A stretch of 64,000 nt of DNA, taken from the NCBI GenBank assembly GCA_024403715.1, contig JAKSRJ010000010.1, positions 722 through 64,721 on the forward strand, written 5' to 3'. The notes under the pieces are model-generated. The model saw only the letters and a list, made by a program, of their open reading frames with translations. It had not been told where the DNA came from and did not search any database. Both the position numbers and the translations under genes were made by a program. Positions 29,910 to 39,202 of this stretch are shown here, piece by piece; within the stretch, counting starts at the first letter, position 1, and the number at the start of each line of letters is the position of its first letter. The DNA is from Saccharofermentans sp. (GTDB taxonomy: Bacteria; Bacillota; Clostridia; Saccharofermentanales; Saccharofermentanaceae).

Positions 29910-31631
29910 TTGAAAGCTACTGATTACATAGTTAAGTACTTAATATCTAAGAATGTTAGCGATGTCTTTGGTTATCCTGGAGGCATGGTTACACATCTGA
30001 TGGAGTCGTTAAGCCAGCATCAAGATGAGATTAAAGCTCACCTTTGCTATAACGAGCAAGGAGCAGCTTTTGAGGCGTGTGGTTATGCTCAGACTAGTGG
30101 CAATATCGGTGTCGCATATGCTACTAGCGGCCCTGGTGCAACAAATCTAATCACAGGTATTTGTGATGCATATTTCGACTCTATTCCTACATTGTTCATT
30201 ACAGGACAGGTAAATACATTTGAGTCAAAAACAGGCTATCAAATTCGTCAGAGAGGATTCCAAGAGACAGATATTATCAGCATGGTTTCAAGTGTTACCA
30301 AGTATGCTCATTATGTATCTAGTGTCGAGGATTTGGTAGAGAGCCTAGATAAAGCTTATGAGATTGCAATGGATGGACGTAAAGGCCCAGTGCTATTAGA
30401 TATCCCTATGAATATTCAGCGTGGAGAAATCCCAGACAGTCTAGTTATGAATCATCTGTGCCCTGATAACTGTACGGTTGACTCTAGTACTGAGAATACA
30501 TCTGTAGACTTCTTACTCCCATATTTGATGGAAGCTAAGCGTCCAGTAGTACTTCTAGGAGCTGGCGTTAAGCAAGCTGGAATAACTAATCTGGCTAGCG
30601 AGTTTATAGCAAAAACTGGATATCCTGCAGTAACTTCAATGACTGGCTTTGATATTCTTTCTGATATGCCTAATAACTATGGTTTTATTGGAGCCTATGG
30701 TGACAGAGCAGCAAATTTTGTTGTAGCTAAAGCTGACCTAGTATTAACAATTGGAGCACGTCTTGATATTAGACAAGCAGGAGCGGTAAGAGAGAATTTT
30801 GCTCCTACAGCTAAGATTATTAGAGTTGATATCGATGATAATGAATTGACTTATAAGATTCGTGACAACGAGATAGATGTTAATATGGATGCCAGAGTTC
30901 TGCTTAATAAGCTGTCCGAACTAGACATCCCTAAGGTGGATTCTTCTTGGATATCTGTCTGTGACACTATTCGTGAGAAACTATCTGGGCTTGATGATAG
31001 ATTGCCTAATATCATCATGCGTAAATTAAGCGAGAGTATCCCTGAGAACACAGTAATTGCTACTGATGTAGGTCAAAATCAGGTATGGGTTGCTCAGTCT
31101 TTTAAACTCAAGAAGGGACAGCAGGTTCTATTTTCTGGTGGTCACGGTGCTATGGGCTATTCTTTGCCAGCTGCAATTGGAGCTCATTTTGGTACTAATA
31201 ATCCTGCCGTAAGCATTAATGGTGATGGCGGAATTCAGATGAATATTCAGGAGTTAGAGTTTATTCACAGAGAAAAACTCCCTGTAACTGTGGTTGTTTT
31301 TAATAACAGTAGCCTTGGAATGATTCGTCATTTCCAAGAGATGTATTTTAACGGAAACTATGCACAGACATTGACTGGTTCTGGTTATAGCAATCCGCAT
31401 TTCGATAGAATTGCTTCTGCTTATGATATGAAGTACATCTGTGCTAATAGTGCTAACGATTATGATTTAAGTGAAGTCGAGGTTTCAATCAAGGAGCGTA
31501 TCCCTACGCTTGTTGAAGTTGTTATCGACGAATATACATATGTATCTCCAAAGCTTAGATACGGCGAACCTAATCAGGATCAAGAGCCGCTTCTTGATCG
31601 TGACTTGTACAAAGAATTGATGGAGCTTTAA
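29910..31631 (+). CDS. Thiamine-diphosphate enzyme, acetolactate-synthase-like (YerE-type, sugar branching)
   Basis: VFGYPGG, NEQGAAF, TSGPGATNLITGI, RQRGFQE, DVGQNQVW, GAMGYSLPAAIGA, GDGGIQMNIQEL...NNSSLGMI. No ilvN/ilvC nearby. TTG start. Confidence 0.8.
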   Translation: MKATDYIVKYLISKNVSDVFGYPGGMVTHLMESLSQHQDEIKAHLCYNEQGAAFEACGYAQTSGNIGVAYATSGPGATNLITGICDAYFDSIPTLFITGQVNTFESKTGYQIRQRGFQETDIISMVSSVTKYAHYVSSVEDLVESLDKAYEIAMDGRKGPVLLDIPMNIQRGEIPDSLVMNHLCPDNCTVDSSTENTSVDFLLPYLMEAKRPVVLLGAGVKQAGITNLASEFIAKTGYPAVTSMTGFDILSDMPNNYGFIGAYGDRAANFVVAKADLVLTIGARLDIRQAGAVRENFAPTAKIIRVDIDDNELTYKIRDNEIDVNMDARVLLNKLSELDIPKVDSSWISVCDTIREKLSGLDDRLPNIIMRKLSESIPENTVIATDVGQNQVWVAQSFKLKKGQQVLFSGGHGAMGYSLPAAIGAHFGTNNPAVSINGDGGIQMNIQELEFIHREKLPVTVVVFNNSSLGMIRHFQEMYFNGNYAQTLTGSGYSNPHFDRIASAYDMKYICANSANDYDLSEVEVSIKERIPTLVEVVIDEYTYVSPKLRYGEPNQDQEPLLDRDLYKELMEL

Positions 31632-31641
31632 GGGGGATATT

Positions 31642-32544
31642 ATGAAGAGAGTAGTTATTACAGGTGCTACAAGTTTTATTGGTGTTCACCTTATCTGTGA
31701 GTGGCTTAAGGAAGAGTGTGAGATTATCGCTGTCGTAAGACCTGGAAGCTTGAATCTTCCAAGACTTCCTGAGAACAGTCAGATTCATATCGTTACACTT
31801 GAGATGGGAGATTATGACAAGCTTCCCCTTTATATCGACAAGGCAGACTATTTTTATCATTTGGCATGGGCTGGTTCTCGTGCGCCTTTAAGAGATGATG
31901 TATCTTTGCAAGAGCGTAATTTCAAGTGCTCATTACTAGCTATGAATTCTGCAGTAAAGATGGGATGTAAGATGTTTATGGGAGTTGGATCTCAGGCTGA
32001 ATACGGAAGTCAGGGCTCAACTGCTAATGAGAATTATCCTTGTAATCCAACTAACGAGTATGGTAAGCAGAAGCTTAACACTATGCTTGAGACTAGAAAA
32101 ATTGCGCAGGAAGCAGGCATGAATTTTATATGGCTTCGCATGTTCAGCGTATACGGTCGCTATGATTATCCTAAGACAATGATTGCGACTTGTCTCGATA
32201 AGATGTCGCGTAACGAGCAGGTTGATTTAACAGCATGTGAGCAGCTTTGGGATTACCTTTATGTCGAAGATGCTGCTCAGGCCATGGTTCTTTTTGCTAA
32301 CAAAAATGTCGAAAGTGGAGTGTATAACATCGCTAATGGTAGCGTAAGACCAATTAAGGATTACGTTATTGATATGAAGGAAGTCACCAGATCTTCAAGT
32401 ATTATTAATTTTGGTGCAATTCCATACGGTGAACAAGGTCCTGTTAATCTTCAGCCTGATACGAGCAAGGTTCAGAATATGCTTGGATGGCATGCACAGA
32501 TTCCATTTAAGATAGGTATTGCAAAATCGATAGGTGTTATCTAA
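31642..32544 (+). CDS. NAD-dependent epimerase/reductase (YerF-like)
   Basis: ITGATSFIG, YHLAWAG, GSQAEYG, YGKQK, RMFSVYG, EQLWDYLYVEDAA. Directly after the ThDP enzyme. Confidence 0.8.
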   Translation: MKRVVITGATSFIGVHLICEWLKEECEIIAVVRPGSLNLPRLPENSQIHIVTLEMGDYDKLPLYIDKADYFYHLAWAGSRAPLRDDVSLQERNFKCSLLAMNSAVKMGCKMFMGVGSQAEYGSQGSTANENYPCNPTNEYGKQKLNTMLETRKIAQEAGMNFIWLRMFSVYGRYDYPKTMIATCLDKMSRNEQVDLTACEQLWDYLYVEDAAQAMVLFANKNVESGVYNIANGSVRPIKDYVIDMKEVTRSSSIINFGAIPYGEQGPVNLQPDTSKVQNMLGWHAQIPFKIGIAKSIGVI

Positions 32545-32552
32545 TTGAAGCG

Positions 32553-33908
32553 ATGAGTATCTTTAAAAAATACAAGTTATCTTTACCTATTATTTTTATT
32601 GTGGGCATATTCATTTCTATTTTAGCTTGGCGTATGGACATGAATGGTTGCCCCGATGAGCCTATGCGATATGCATTATCAAAGTGGATAATGGAGAATG
32701 GTAAACTTCCAATAGGATTTGAGGAAGAAATTGTAAGTCCAATCTGGGGCTTTTCATATGCATTCACTCCATATTGGCCTTCTATGATAGCTGCATTATT
32801 CATGAGAGCATGCGCTATATTCACTACTGGTGAACAGGCTCTATTATTTTCTTCAAGATTAGTAAGTATTTTTGCTGGCCTGGGTAGCGTTTTTGTTGCT
32901 TTTAGAATAGGAGACAAAGTCTTTAAAAGTACGGCAACAGTATATTTTATGGCTCTAATTATAGCATGCTGGCCACAGTTGTTATTTATCAGTTCTTATC
33001 ACAACTATGATTCAGTATCTTTGCTTAGCAGCTTTATGATTTTGGATTCCGTTCTAGACGGCACTAAGAGTAATTGGCGTGTAAAGGATATGATTTATTT
33101 AGCCTTGGGTGTTAGTATCTGTGCGCTCACCTATTATTTTGGTTATGCGTGGATTTTATTTGCCATTATTGGTTATTTTTACACTTCTGCTAAAGCTGGT
33201 ATAGGCAAGACTGAGATATTTAAGAAGGCTGGGTATATTTCTTTATTAGTTTTACTACTTGCTGGCTGGTATTTTATCCGTAATGCAATTATTTATGATG
33301 GTGATTTTTTAGGCTTTAAGCAAAGTGAAATTTGCGCTGCCATGTATTCTGAGAACCATGAAATCGGCTTGGTTCAGAACCCAGGCCGTAACACTATGGA
33401 TCTGATGGATATGATGATGGGCAAAGGCGAATGGATTAAAATTACAGTTCGCAGCTTTATTGGTTTGTTTGGCGGACTTGTAATTGAACTTAGAAGTAAG
33501 ATGTATTTGTTTTATTACATGTTTATATTTTTGCTTGTTGGAATGTTTCTAGTAAGCTTTGCTATGAAGAAAAGTTATACAAAAGTAGTATTATTTTTTG
33601 GTTTTATATTTGTTGTTATTTTCCCTGTGCTATTCTCACTATATAGCTCTTATACACGCGATTTCTCTCCACAAGGTAGATACATCATTACCATAATTCC
33701 TGCACTAGTTTTTATGATGGCCGAAGGATACGATTTTTTATTGTCTTTGATTAATAGCAAGAGTTACCAATTAGCTAATTGCTTTAAATCATTAGCTATT
33801 GGCAGTTGGATTCTGATGTTTTTGATAATAATTACATTTGTTTTGCTTCCTCTTATGGCAGATATATCTGTTATTAACTTACCGATTGAGTTTTTCCGTA
33901 TTAGGTGA
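32553..33908 (+). CDS. GT-C (ArnT/PMT/DUF2142-like) membrane glycosyltransferase
   Basis: PDEPMR first-loop DE motif, WGFSYAFTPY, YHNYD, AGWYFIRN, PQGRY. Confidence 0.65.
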   Translation: MSIFKKYKLSLPIIFIVGIFISILAWRMDMNGCPDEPMRYALSKWIMENGKLPIGFEEEIVSPIWGFSYAFTPYWPSMIAALFMRACAIFTTGEQALLFSSRLVSIFAGLGSVFVAFRIGDKVFKSTATVYFMALIIACWPQLLFISSYHNYDSVSLLSSFMILDSVLDGTKSNWRVKDMIYLALGVSICALTYYFGYAWILFAIIGYFYTSAKAGIGKTEIFKKAGYISLLVLLLAGWYFIRNAIIYDGDFLGFKQSEICAAMYSENHEIGLVQNPGRNTMDLMDMMMGKGEWIKITVRSFIGLFGGLVIELRSKMYLFYYMFIFLLVGMFLVSFAMKKSYTKVVLFFGFIFVVIFPVLFSLYSSYTRDFSPQGRYIITIIPALVFMMAEGYDFLLSLINSKSYQLANCFKSLAIGSWILMFLIIITFVLLPLMADISVINLPIEFFRIR

Positions 33909-33921
33909 CGAGGATTCGTAG

Positions 33922-35211
33922 ATGTCTGCTTTAAAGTTATTATTGACTAAGAATAACAATATAGAAAAAGACGCATATATTTTTAACACAATATATGGTG
34001 TGCTAAATGCTATTCAAGTAGTATTAGTATTAGCTGTTTTGACTCGCGTAAGTGGTTTGGCAGTATCGGGAATATTTACTATTACTTGGACTGTAGCAAA
34101 CTTGCTTGTAAATATTGGTAAATATGGTATGCGTAGTTATCAGGCGACTGATATTAATCAGAATTACACTTTTATTCAGTATCTGAAGTCTAGAATTGCA
34201 ACAACGCTTCTTATGGTGATTATTTGTTTTTTATATTCTGTAATCATGCTTGTTTTTTTTGACTATGGAATGGAAAAAATATCCATGATAATTCTCCTTA
34301 CATTACTTAAGGGAGTTGACTCATTAGAAGATGTTTTTCTTGGTGAATATCAAAGAGAAGGAAGGATGGATATTGCATCAAGGTGTAGTGCATATAGATT
34401 AGGTATAACTATATTTTGCTATTTGCTCTCGATTATCGTTACGCATAACATTTATTTATCGACGATAATAACCCTTGTTATTTCAATTATCTTTGCATCA
34501 TTATTTATAAAAGTATCTTTTAGCGAAGCTACGGGAAACAAGATGAGTGATGTGCTCAGGGTAAGAAACAATGAACATACCGAGATGCGTGGGTTATTAT
34601 GTTCTTGCTTTACGATATTTGCTTCTGTATTTTTGTACTTTTTTATAGTAAATGCACCAAGATTTTCAATAGATCTATACTTGAGTTCTGAAGAACAGTC
34701 TTTATTTGGATTTATAAGCATGCCTGTATTTGTAATTGACTTGCTAAGCCAGTTTTTATATATGCCCAAATTAAAAGACTTATCTGAAATGATAGAAAAC
34801 AAAGATTCTTTGGGCATAAGAAAATTTATAAATCTACAACTATTGGTGTCGCTATCATTAACTGTTTTTGGAATAATCGTGGCACTTACAATTGGAACAC
34901 CAATACTTACTTTTATATATGGCTCTAGTGTCGTTCATTTAAAACTTGAGCTAGTGTTATTGATGGCTGGCAGTGGCTTTATGGCCTATAGTGTGTTTTT
35001 AATGAACATGATTATTGTTATCCGTAAGCAAAAAAGCATATTAGTTGGTTATGGTATAACAGCTATTGTTTCACTAGTAATGTGTGGTTTACTTGTAAAT
35101 ATGATAGCGTTGTTGGGAGCATCTATTGCTTATCTTGGTAGTATGCTTGTACTCGCGATTTGTATGACAGCTATTATTGTCAAATACAGACGAATAATTT
35201 GGTTGAGGTGA
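33922..35211 (+). CDS. Second Wzx/MOP-family flippase
   Basis: IGKYGMRSYQATD, DVFLGEYQREGRMD, NAPRFSID, FGFISMPVFVI.LLS.F. About 12 TMs. Confidence 0.75.
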   Translation: MSALKLLLTKNNNIEKDAYIFNTIYGVLNAIQVVLVLAVLTRVSGLAVSGIFTITWTVANLLVNIGKYGMRSYQATDINQNYTFIQYLKSRIATTLLMVIICFLYSVIMLVFFDYGMEKISMIILLTLLKGVDSLEDVFLGEYQREGRMDIASRCSAYRLGITIFCYLLSIIVTHNIYLSTIITLVISIIFASLFIKVSFSEATGNKMSDVLRVRNNEHTEMRGLLCSCFTIFASVFLYFFIVNAPRFSIDLYLSSEEQSLFGFISMPVFVIDLLSQFLYMPKLKDLSEMIENKDSLGIRKFINLQLLVSLSLTVFGIIVALTIGTPILTFIYGSSVVHLKLELVLLMAGSGFMAYSVFLMNMIIVIRKQKSILVGYGITAIVSLVMCGLLVNMIALLGASIAYLGSMLVLAICMTAIIVKYRRIIWLR

Positions 35212-35213
35212 TT

Positions 35214-35960
35214 ATGAAGGTTTCTTTGATATTAACTACATATAATTGTTTGGAAAACCTAAAACTAACCCTCGATGCGATTAACAATCAAAGCTATGAG
35301 GATATTGAAGTTGTCGTAAAGGATGGCGGCTCGACTGATGGAACTATTAACTATATTAGGGAGATGGCGAGTAGCTTTAAATATCCAATAGTATGGAAAT
35401 CTGAAAAAGATACAGGTATTTATGATGCTTTGAATAAGGGTATAGAAATGTCTTCTGGTGACATAATTGCTATTTGTAATGATTTACTGACGTCAAATAC
35501 TGTAGTCGAACAATTTGTTGATGCGATTATTAAGAATAATGTTGATGGTGTACATAGCGATTTAGTTTATAAAGATGGTGATAGAGTTGTTAGATATTGG
35601 AAGATGGGTGAAGGTAAAATATCAAATGGATGGATGCCTGGTCATCCAACTCTATATCTAAAGCGTGAGATATATGAAAAGTATGGCCTATATGATACGA
35701 GATACCGTATTGCTGCTGATTATGAATTCATAGTTAGAATTCTTAAAGATGATGAAGTCAAGCTTGCTTATATCCCTGAGGTTTTAATTAGTATGTACTA
35801 TAACGGTACCAGTAACAGTAGTGTTAAGGCTTACTGGAACTCAATCAAGGAATCATATAGAGCGCTTAAGCAAAATCACGTTAGGTTTCCATCATTACTG
35901 ATTATCAAAAGAACCTTGAAGGTATTCTTTCAGTTTATGAAAGCTTCAAAAGCAAATTAA
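35214..35960 (+). CDS. GT2 glycosyltransferase (WcaE-like)
   Basis: KDGGSTDGT, SEKDTGIYDALNKGI, GWMPGHP, YRIAADYEF. ATG 35214 with GAGGTG SD. Confidence 0.85.
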   Translation: MKVSLILTTYNCLENLKLTLDAINNQSYEDIEVVVKDGGSTDGTINYIREMASSFKYPIVWKSEKDTGIYDALNKGIEMSSGDIIAICNDLLTSNTVVEQFVDAIIKNNVDGVHSDLVYKDGDRVVRYWKMGEGKISNGWMPGHPTLYLKREIYEKYGLYDTRYRIAADYEFIVRILKDDEVKLAYIPEVLISMYYNGTSNSSVKAYWNSIKESYRALKQNHVRFPSLLIIKRTLKVFFQFMKASKAN

Positions 35961-35963
35961 TCA

Positions 35964-37085
35964 TCAGATTTTGGAAAAGAAAAAATTAAGCATGTCATCT
36001 GCTATCAATTTTTTATCGTATATTGATGCATCTAATTTACTATTATCATTGTGAGCAGTACTAATTGCTTTAATCCATTCTTCGGGATCCATTGCTTCAT
36101 CTACGTAGTTAGCCTTGCCTTGAGTAACCTCAGGTATTGACGTGCATTTCGTAGTAATAGTGGTAGCTCCACAAAGCATTGCTTCTATTGGTGTCATACC
36201 GAAGCCTTCAAAAACACTTGGAAACAAAAACTCGAAGCAGCTACTATACAGAGCAAACTTTTCCTCGTTAGAAACGAAGCCGGTAAAGATAATGTTATCT
36301 TGTAAGCCCTCTTGTTCTATCATTTTCTCAAGTTCTTCAGCTGCATTGCCTCGAATTCCAGAAACTACTAAAACTTGTGGTAATTCCGAGTGGTTATCCT
36401 TAATGAGCTTCATTGTCTTTACTAGAGTAATAAAGTTTTTGTGCTTAATTATCTGAGATATAGTGTAAAAGAATTTTTTCTCCGTTAGGTCATATTTGGC
36501 AAGAGTGGAATTAATGAACGAAGCTTCTGGTATTGTTACTTGAACAGGTACGTATGAAATAGACATTTTATCCTCGTGAAAGCCATAGACATCTATACTA
36601 TCTTTTTTCACGTATTCTGATATGGCAAAGTTCCAATGACTTTTTAATTTGTCTATTCTCCACAATAGCTTTTGATATACAAGTTCATGAAAAGGATGAT
36701 ACTCAGGATAATGATATGCCTGAAGATCAAGTATTGTTGTCCACCAGGTTAGACCACCATTAAAAAATGGTCTGTCATAAACAGGAGAGTACACGTATTT
36801 GATATTATTCTTTTTGAGGAATTTATTAAGGTGAAGGTTTTGCCAAGAGATTCTATTAATTATTGATTCATTATTAAAAGGACAAATAATCATCTCAAAT
36901 CTTTTATCTTGGGTATATGACTTAAAGCTCTCAGCGTTATCATTTGAACAAATCAATGCTAGATGGAAATCGCGATTTGATTCGAGGAAACCATCTAAGA
37001 GATTGCGAGTAAAAAACTCGGTTCCACCAACTTTTCCTGGTCGTAACCATAGCAAATTGATACCAATAGGGATAACTGATTTCAT
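35964..37085 (-). CDS. Glycosyltransferase family 4 (only minus-strand gene inside the glycan locus)
   Basis: GKVGGTE, TILDLQ..HYPEY, KHKN, FTGFVSNEE, FPSVFEGFGMTPIEAM, TSIPEV. Confidence 0.88.
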   Translation of the reverse strand: MKSVIPIGINLLWLRPGKVGGTEFFTRNLLDGFLESNRDFHLALICSNDNAESFKSYTQDKRFEMIICPFNNESIINRISWQNLHLNKFLKKNNIKYVYSPVYDRPFFNGGLTWWTTILDLQAYHYPEYHPFHELVYQKLLWRIDKLKSHWNFAISEYVKKDSIDVYGFHEDKMSISYVPVQVTIPEASFINSTLAKYDLTEKKFFYTISQIIKHKNFITLVKTMKLIKDNHSELPQVLVVSGIRGNAAEELEKMIEQEGLQDNIIFTGFVSNEEKFALYSSCFEFLFPSVFEGFGMTPIEAMLCGATTITTKCTSIPEVTQGKANYVDEAMDPEEWIKAISTAHNDNSKLDASIYDKKLIADDMLNFFFSKI

Positions 37086-37151
37086 AGAAAAACCTTCTTT
37101 ACTACAACAGATTATAACAAATCAAGCTTTATAGTGTAAAATACTCATATT
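37086..37151. promoter_or_regulatory. Divergent promoter region
   Basis: Minus strand: TTTACA (rc of 37135-37140), then TGTTATAAT (rc of 37111-37119) and an AGAAGG SD. Plus strand: TAAAAT at 37137-37142, 9 nt before ATG 37152, with no SD. Confidence 0.5.
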
Positions 37152-37853
37152 ATGAAGAAGATAGTAATTATCCCAGCATATAACGAGAGTGAATGCATAT
37201 TAAACACTGTAGAAGATATTCGTAATAATGCAGCGGATTTTGATTTTGTTGTAATTAACGATCAGTCATCAGATGATACAGGCGAGATATGTAGAGAGAA
37301 TAATATACCTGTGATAAATCTACCTATTAATCTTGGCATTGGTGGTGCGGTTCAGACAGGATATCTATATGCTTTTCGTAATGGATATGATGTTGCCGTT
37401 CAGTTTGATGGAGACGGACAACATCCTGCTAGCTATCTCAATTCCATGTATGATGCTTTAATTGAAAATAAAGCTGATATAGTAGTTGGTTCGAGGTTTA
37501 TTGATAGCAAGGGATTTCAATCAACTGCTCTAAGACGTTTTGGCATTCGATATTTTACGTTGTTAATTAAGATGATTACAGGTAAAACCGTACTCGATCC
37601 TACATCTGGTTTTCGTATGGTAAATCGCGATACTATGAAGACTTTTGCATATGATTATCCTAGAGATTTTCCAGAGCCAGAAACAGCAGTGACAGTGTTA
37701 AAGATGGGTAAGAGGCTTATAGAAATGCCTGTTGAGATGAGGGTAAGACAAGCTGGTAAATCGTCTATTCATTTATTTAAATCTGTTTATTACATGATTA
37801 AGGTTTCATTAGCTATTATCTTGGAGGGTTCACGAAGATATGATGACCGTTAG
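37152..37853 (+). CDS. Polyprenol-phosphate glycosyltransferase (DPM1/GacI-like GT2)
   Basis: IPAYNE, INDQSSD, NLGIGGAVQTG, QFDGDGQHP, VVGSRF, DPTSGFR, DFPEPE. Confidence 0.85.
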   Translation: MKKIVIIPAYNESECILNTVEDIRNNAADFDFVVINDQSSDDTGEICRENNIPVINLPINLGIGGAVQTGYLYAFRNGYDVAVQFDGDGQHPASYLNSMYDALIENKADIVVGSRFIDSKGFQSTALRRFGIRYFTLLIKMITGKTVLDPTSGFRMVNRDTMKTFAYDYPRDFPEPETAVTVLKMGKRLIEMPVEMRVRQAGKSSIHLFKSVYYMIKVSLAIILEGSRRYDDR

Positions 37854-38202
37854 AATTCAGATAATAATAGCAGTTGCAGTAATCATATTTATCATTTGTC
37901 TGGCAACACTTGCACGTAAAAAGTCATTGGATTTGAAGTACATATTAGCTTGGCTTTTGGTTGCTCTGGGGGTATTAGTATTAGATTTAATACCTGGATT
38001 TATGCCTTGGCTATCTGATGTATTAGGCGTGTTTTCGCCAGTTAATATGGTTTTCTTTGTTGGATTTATATATTTAGGAATAGTTGTTTTTGCGTTATCG
38101 GTAGCAATTTCTAGGCAGTCTGTGCGCATGAAAAAAATGATTCAGGAGATTGCACTGTTGAGACGAGAACTTGATGAATCAAAGCAGAATAAAACGCATT
38201 AA
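37840..38202 (+). CDS. DUF2304-like (GacJ-like) small membrane protein
   Basis: 120 aa, 3 TMs, LDLKY.LAW, P....LSDVLGVFSPVN, C-terminal coiled KKMIQEIALL. Overlaps the upstream DPM1-like GT2. Confidence 0.8.
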   Translation: MMTVRIQIIIAVAVIIFIICLATLARKKSLDLKYILAWLLVALGVLVLDLIPGFMPWLSDVLGVFSPVNMVFFVGFIYLGIVVFALSVAISRQSVRMKKMIQEIALLRRELDESKQNKTH

Positions 38203-38225
38203 ATCATTTATTTGAGGTGCATAGA

Positions 38226-39101
38226 GTGAAGATAGCAGTCTTAGGTAGTACGGGATATATAGGACAAAGAATAGTTCGTTCTTTAATCGATGATGATAGT
38301 AATCATCAGATTTGGTGTATTCATAGAAAAACTTCAAATATCGACGTTTTTGACGATATTAAAGATAAGCTTCATTTTTGTCATAGCTATTATCAGGATA
38401 TGCTAGATTGTTTTACTGGTACTGAATCGTTTGATTGTATTATTAATGCTTCTTGTTCCTATATGAAAAATGCTACTGCAGAACAGATTACAGAATCTAA
38501 TCTGATTTTCCCATTAAGAGCATTAAATATGGCTGTAGAAAATCCTGGCGATAAGACTATTTTCATTAGCCTTGGTACTGGCCTTCCTGATGATTTTAAT
38601 ATATATACTTTTGCCAAAGCCCAGCTAAATTCATTTGGTCACTTTTGGGGTTATCAAAAAAGACAAATTCATTACGTAAATATCGAGATGCAGAATTTCT
38701 TTGGTCCAGGCGAGCCTAAGGATCGATTTGTTCATTCCTGTATTGAGAAATTGAAGAATAATGAGCCTGTACCTCTTACCAATGGTCTACAAAAGAGAGA
38801 TTTCTTTTATGTAGATGATGTAATTAATGCGATTAAGCTAGTTCTGAAGCATCCTGAATTACCTAGATATCTTGATTTGCCTTTGGGAAGTGGTGAAGCA
38901 CCAACTATCCGTGAGTTTGTTAGTTATCTAAAGAAAAAGATTGATTCAAAATCAGAGTTACAGTTTGGTGCAGTTCCAACAAGAGTTAATGAGCCTAGTA
39001 TTTGGGCTGATTTGTCTACATATCATATGTTGGGCGGAAGTATTGAATATTCTTGGCAGGGAGCAGTAGATAAACTTCTTAAAGAGGAAGGTATTATCTA
39101 A
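38226..39101 (+). CDS. prt: CDP-paratose synthase-like SDR (Prt/RfbS; abequose synthase not excluded)
   Basis: ESNLIFPLR, GTGLP..FNIYTFAK, LTNGLQKRDFFY, GSGEAPTIREFV, FGAVPTRVNE and the C-terminal KEEG match my recollection of Salmonella RfbS. GTG 38226 follows a GAGGTG SD. Confidence 0.65.
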   Translation: MKIAVLGSTGYIGQRIVRSLIDDDSNHQIWCIHRKTSNIDVFDDIKDKLHFCHSYYQDMLDCFTGTESFDCIINASCSYMKNATAEQITESNLIFPLRALNMAVENPGDKTIFISLGTGLPDDFNIYTFAKAQLNSFGHFWGYQKRQIHYVNIEMQNFFGPGEPKDRFVHSCIEKLKNNEPVPLTNGLQKRDFFYVDDVINAIKLVLKHPELPRYLDLPLGSGEAPTIREFVSYLKKKIDSKSELQFGAVPTRVNEPSIWADLSTYHMLGGSIEYSWQGAVDKLLKEEGII

Positions 39102-39202
39102 TCATGAGTCTCCAATGAGGTTCGATTAAGCGAATTATAGAAATTATCATAGATGAGAAAAGTATAGTAGAATGCTATTGAATCTTTAGTTGGAGTTATT
39201 TA

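Noticed and set aside
29910-31631. Annotation as housekeeping ilvB
   Set aside because: No ilvN/ilvC/ilvD nearby; it is embedded in glycan genes and paired with an SDR.
20381-34260. Homopolymer runs (G6 at 20381, T8 near 34253) as phase-variation tracts
   Set aside because: Short runs are expected in AT-rich DNA and the reading frames are intact.
35940-37150. Possible invertible segment around the minus-strand GT4
   Set aside because: No flanking inverted repeats found by eye and no recombinase in the window.
39102-39202. Small hairpins in the prt-sulfatase gap as a terminator or ncRNA
   Set aside because: Stems are only about 4 bp with no U-tract; insufficient support.
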